Below, piece after piece: positions 26,437 to 29,800 of a stretch of 29,800 nucleotides of DNA. The notes beneath the pieces were generated by a model. The model was not told where the DNA came from and ran no database searches. It was given only the letters and a program-made list of their open reading frames with translations. A program made the translations under genes and the position numbers. Source of the DNA: a virus (Duplodnaviria; Caudoviricetes). Within the stretch, counting starts at the first letter, position 1. Each line of letters opens with the position of its first letter. The DNA lies in IMG/VR virus record IMGVR_UViG_3300010220_000080, positions 1 to 29,800 of that record. The stretch is one strand, 5' to 3'.

Positions 26437-27380
26437 TGGCCGAGCTTCCCGAACCCCCGACGCCGACCCTCTCCGCGATCTACGCCTCCTTCGAGGCGCG
26501 GCAGGGCGACGGCTTCCGCGACCACCTCGGCGCCTCGCTCATCGGCAAGTCCTGTGCCCGTGCGCTCTGGTACGATTTCCGTTGGGCGACGCCCGCGCGG
26601 CACACCGGCCGCATCCTGCGCCTGTTCGAGACCGGTCAGCTGGAGGAGGCCCGGCTCGTCCGCGATCTGCGCGCCACCGGCGCGACGGTGCTGGAGGTCG
26701 ATCCCGAGACCGGGCGGCAGTTCCGCGTCGAGGCCCATGGCGGGCATTTCGGCGGCTCGCTCGATGCGGTCGCCCTCGGTCTGCTCGAGGCGCCGAAGAC
26801 CTGGCACGTCGTCGAGTTCAAGACGCATTCGGCGAAGAGCTTCGCCGAGCTGGTCGCCAAGGGCGTCGTGCTCGCCAAGCCCCAGCACGCCGCGCAGATG
26901 CAGGTGTACATGCACCTGACCGGCATCACGCGGGCGCTCTACGTCGCGGTCTGCAAGGACACCGACGCGCTGCATATCGAGCGCGTCCCGGCCGACCCCG
27001 CGATGGGCGAGCGCCTGCTGGAAAAGGCCCGGCGGATCATCTTCGCCCAGCACCCGCCCGAGCGGATCAGCGCGGATCCCGCCTGGTTCGAGTGCCGGTT
27101 CTGCGACCACCACGGGCTCTGCCACGGCGAGGATGCCGCGGCTGTCACCTGTCGGTCCTGCCTGCATTCGACACCGGTCGAGGGCGGTTGGCACTGCGCA
27201 CGTCACGGTCGGCAACTCGACCCTGCCGACCAGCGCCGCGCCTGCGCCCGGCACCTGTTCATCCCCGATCTCGTCCCCGGCGAGGTGAGCGACGCAGGCG
27301 AGGACTTCGTCTCCTACCGCATGCGCGACGGCTCGGCCTGGACCAACGACGCCCGCGAAAAGGAGGTCGCCTCATGCTGA
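26436..27380 (+). CDS. Cas4-like PD-(D/E)XK phage exonuclease
   Basis: HLGASLIGKSC, GSLDA, VVEFKT, AQMQVYM, CRFC...C cluster. GGAGGAGG RBS. Confidence 0.85.
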   Translation: MAELPEPPTPTLSAIYASFEARQGDGFRDHLGASLIGKSCARALWYDFRWATPARHTGRILRLFETGQLEEARLVRDLRATGATVLEVDPETGRQFRVEAHGGHFGGSLDAVALGLLEAPKTWHVVEFKTHSAKSFAELVAKGVVLAKPQHAAQMQVYMHLTGITRALYVAVCKDTDALHIERVPADPAMGERLLEKARRIIFAQHPPERISADPAWFECRFCDHHGLCHGEDAAAVTCRSCLHSTPVEGGWHCARHGRQLDPADQRRACARHLFIPDLVPGEVSDAGEDFVSYRMRDGSAWTNDAREKEVASC

Positions 27381-29113
27381 CCCTGCGCCCCTACCAGCAG
27401 GCCGCGATCGCCTCGATCTACGGCTATTTCGAGAAGGAGAGCGGCAACCCGCTCGTCGTGATCCCCACGGCCGGCGGCAAGAGCCTCGTCATGGCCGCCT
27501 TCATCGACGGCGTGCTCAAGGCCTGGCCCGACCAGCGCGTGCTCGTCGTCACCCATGTCCGCGAGCTGATCGCGCAGAACCATGCCGAGATGCTGGGGCT
27601 CTGGCCCGAGGCGCCGGCGGGCATCTACTCGGCCGGGCTCGGCCGCCGCGACGCGCGGGCCCGGATCCTCTTCGCCGGCATCCAGTCGATCCACGACAAG
27701 GCGACGCGCATCGGCCATGCCGATCTGGTGCTGATCGACGAGGCCCATCTGATCCCCGGGCGGTCGAACACCATGTATCGCCGCTTCCTCAATGACCTGC
27801 AGGCGATCAACCCGGCGCTGAAGGTGATCGGGCTGACGGCGACGCCCTTCCGGCTCGACAGCGGCATGCTGCACGAGGGCGAGAACGCGCTCTTCACCGA
27901 CATCGCCTACGAGGTGTCGGTCCGCGACCTGATCGATCAGGGCTATCTCTCCCCGCTCATCTCGAAGCAGACCAAGACCCGCCTCGACGTGACCGGCGTG
28001 GGATCGCGCGGCGGCGAGTTCATCGCGCGCGATCTCGAGGACGCGGTCGACCAGGACGCCATCACGCGCGCGGCCGTGGCCGAGGTGATCGCCCATGGCG
28101 AGACGCGCCGGTCCTGGCTCGCCTTCTGCTCGGGCGTCCGCCACGCCACCCATGTCGCCGAGGAGTTCCGCCGCCGCGGGGTGAGCTGCGCCACCATCTT
28201 CGGCAAGACGCCGAAAGACGAGCGTGACGCGATCATCGCCGCCTTCAAGCGCGGCGAGATCAGGGCGCTGGCCTCGATGGGCGTGCTGACGACGGGTTTC
28301 AACGCGCCGGCCGTGGATCTGATCGCCATGCTGCGGCCCACCAAGTCGGCCGGGCTCTACGTCCAGATGGCCGGCCGGGGCACGCGGCTCGCCGAGGGCA
28401 AGCAGAACTGCCTCGTCCTCGATTTCGCGGGGAATGTCCGCCGGCATGGCCCCATCGATCTCGTGCGGCCGAAGCGGCCGGGTGGTCCGGGCGACGGGCC
28501 GCCACCCACCAAGATCTGCCCGAAATGCGGGACCATCGTGGCCATCGCCGCGCTCGAATGCCCCGACTGCGGCTTCGAGTTCCCCGGCCGCGAGGTGAAG
28601 CTCGAGCCGACCGCCTCGACGCTGGAGGTGCTGTCCACCGGCAAGCCGCAATGGGTCGGCGTCACCGACGTCACCTTCAGCCGCCACGAGAAACGCGGCG
28701 GGCGGGTCTCGCTGAAAGTCACCTACCGCTGCGGTCTCGCCTTCCACACGGAATGGGTCTGCTTCGAGCACGAGGGTTATCCGGGCCGCAAGGCCGCGAG
28801 CTGGTGGCGCGAGCGGGCGCCCGAGCTGGAGGTGCCCGAGTCCGTCGACGAGGCGCTTCTGCTGGCGGATCGGCTGCGCCGCCCCACCGAGATCGCCGTC
28901 CGCCCCGCGGGCCGCTTCACCGAAATCACCGCCTACAGGTTCGCCCCATGCCTTACAGCCGTGCCGGGCTCTGCGCCGTCTGCCATCGAGAACCCCGCGG
29001 CTGGGGCTGGTTCGACGCGCGCTTCCGCGTCTCCGACCCGCGGCGCGACACGAGCCGCAGAGACCTCTGCAGCCGGGTTTGCCAGGACATCTGCCACCGG
29101 AGGTCGGGCATGA
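27374..29113 (+). CDS. SF2 DEAH helicase with Zn finger (RadD/YejH-like phage helicase, 579 aa)
   Basis: LRPYQ, PTAGGKS, IDEAH, GLTATP, LTTGFN, QMAGRGTR, CPKC..CPDC. AGGAGG RBS. Confidence 0.92.
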   Translation: MLTLRPYQQAAIASIYGYFEKESGNPLVVIPTAGGKSLVMAAFIDGVLKAWPDQRVLVVTHVRELIAQNHAEMLGLWPEAPAGIYSAGLGRRDARARILFAGIQSIHDKATRIGHADLVLIDEAHLIPGRSNTMYRRFLNDLQAINPALKVIGLTATPFRLDSGMLHEGENALFTDIAYEVSVRDLIDQGYLSPLISKQTKTRLDVTGVGSRGGEFIARDLEDAVDQDAITRAAVAEVIAHGETRRSWLAFCSGVRHATHVAEEFRRRGVSCATIFGKTPKDERDAIIAAFKRGEIRALASMGVLTTGFNAPAVDLIAMLRPTKSAGLYVQMAGRGTRLAEGKQNCLVLDFAGNVRRHGPIDLVRPKRPGGPGDGPPPTKICPKCGTIVAIAALECPDCGFEFPGREVKLEPTASTLEVLSTGKPQWVGVTDVTFSRHEKRGGRVSLKVTYRCGLAFHTEWVCFEHEGYPGRKAASWWRERAPELEVPESVDEALLLADRLRRPTEIAVRPAGRFTEITAYRFAPCLTAVPGSAPSAIENPAAGAGSTRASASPTRGATRAAETSAAGFARTSATGGRA

Positions 29114-29334
29114 TCGATCCGACCCCCAATGAGACGGCGGCCATGGTCGAGGGCGGCAAGGCCGGCGGCGCCTATCTCGACAGCCTCGGCCGGACCGATC
29201 TCGCCCTGCTCACCGAGGAGGAGTGGGACACCTTCGTCGAGGTGATCGTCACCGGCTACTGCGACCACCTGCGCGACCTGGCGGCGAAGGACCGTGCCCG
29301 GCTCGACGGCATGATCCCGGAGGTGCCCTTCTGA
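28948..29334 (+). CDS. DUF6511-like small phage protein (alternative start 29110)
   Basis: CAVC...CSRVCQ then MIDPTPNETAAM...GGAYLDSLGRTDLA. Stop coupled to the primase ATG. Confidence 0.7.
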   Translation: MPYSRAGLCAVCHREPRGWGWFDARFRVSDPRRDTSRRDLCSRVCQDICHRRSGMIDPTPNETAAMVEGGKAGGAYLDSLGRTDLALLTEEEWDTFVEVIVTGYCDHLRDLAAKDRARLDGMIPEVPF

Positions 29335-29800
29335 TGGCGGACACCTCGTGGATGGCGCGCGTGGGCGCGCGTCTCGTGACCAACGGCTACGCGATCCTGC
29401 CGATCGCGCCCGGCACCAAGAAGCCCGGCCAGTTCGCCCGCGCGGCCTGGCACGACTACCCGCAGTGGAACCGGCATGCGAGCCGCGCCACGACCGAGTT
29501 CGAGGTCGCGACCTGGTCGACCTGGCCTAGCTGCGGCGTCGGGATCGTCGGCGGCGCGGTCGCCGCGCTCGACATCGACGTCGCCGAGGATGGCGAGCTT
29601 GCGCTGCGCATCGAACGACTGGCCCGCGAGCGGCTGGGCGACACGCCCGCGCTCAGGATCGGCAAGGCACCGAAGCGGCTGCTGGTCTATCGCACGCGAG
29701 AGCCCTTCGCCGGGATCCGGCGCGCGCCGCTCGAGGTGCTCTGCCTCGGACAGCAGTTCGTGGCCTATGCCAAGCATCCCGACACCGGCCAGCCCTATGC
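29334..29800 (+). CDS. Primase-polymerase N-terminal domain (partial, runs off the window)
   Basis: Translated by hand: MADTSWMARVG...NGYAILPIAPGTKKP...GVGIVGG..AALDID...RIGKAPKRLLVYRT...GQQFVAY..HPDTGQPY. Confidence 0.88.
   Translation, partial: MADTSWMARVGARLVTNGYAILPIAPGTKKPGQFARAAWHDYPQWNRHASRATTEFEVATWSTWPSCGVGIVGGAVAALDIDVAEDGELALRIERLARERLGDTPALRIGKAPKRLLVYRTREPFAGIRRAPLEVLCLGQQFVAYAKHPDTGQPY

Larger units (their letters stand above)
15833..29800. mobile_element. Left arm of a second prophage-like element: defence cargo followed by an early/replication operon
   Basis: McrBC, Fic and QueC module, then HTH, AAA_24, DUF669, nuclease, helicase, primase. Starts directly after the tRNA 3' end and continues past the window. 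Confidence 0.7.

Noticed and set aside
26366-27373. 915-aa helicase with a long N-terminus (nuclease-helicase fusion)
   Set aside because: The upstream part is an Arg-rich off-frame reading of the nuclease gene; the real start with RBS is at 27374.
26436-27380. CRISPR-associated cas4
   Set aside because: No array or other cas genes seen; it sits in a phage recombination/replication operon.

Overview
GC-rich window, probably alphaproteobacterial (Rhodobacterales-like, inferred from gene content), made of two adjacent mobile elements that meet at a 45-bp 3' fragment of an initiator tRNA-Met (15788-15832). Left (1-15832): a compact, apparently tail-less phage-satellite-like island. It carries a tyrosine integrase, MerR-like and AlpA-like regulators, a primase-polymerase/PriCT-2/helicase, a symmetric 300-bp origin-like region, a lambda-like cos site, terminase, portal, a protease-capsid fusion and gpW. 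Its cargo is a Type II R-M pair (MTase resembling M.BseCI/M.BanIII) inserted between terL and portal, a UDG-like gene next to att, and a truncated OLD-type ATPase. Right (15833-29800): McrBC with a multi-domain McrB, a Fic-HTH gene, and a two-gene operon encoding an MG-start helical protein plus a QatC/QueC-like enzyme fused to a winged-helix domain. That operon is followed by 22-bp-phased GTCAC repeats and then a prophage early/replication operon (HTH, AAA_24, DUF669, Cas4-like nuclease, helicase, DUF6511-like, primase). The most notable candidates are the QueC-wHTH module without QatA/QatD sitting in a regulator position, and the lambda-type capsid-forming satellite. All family calls come from motif recognition by eye; no database searches were run.
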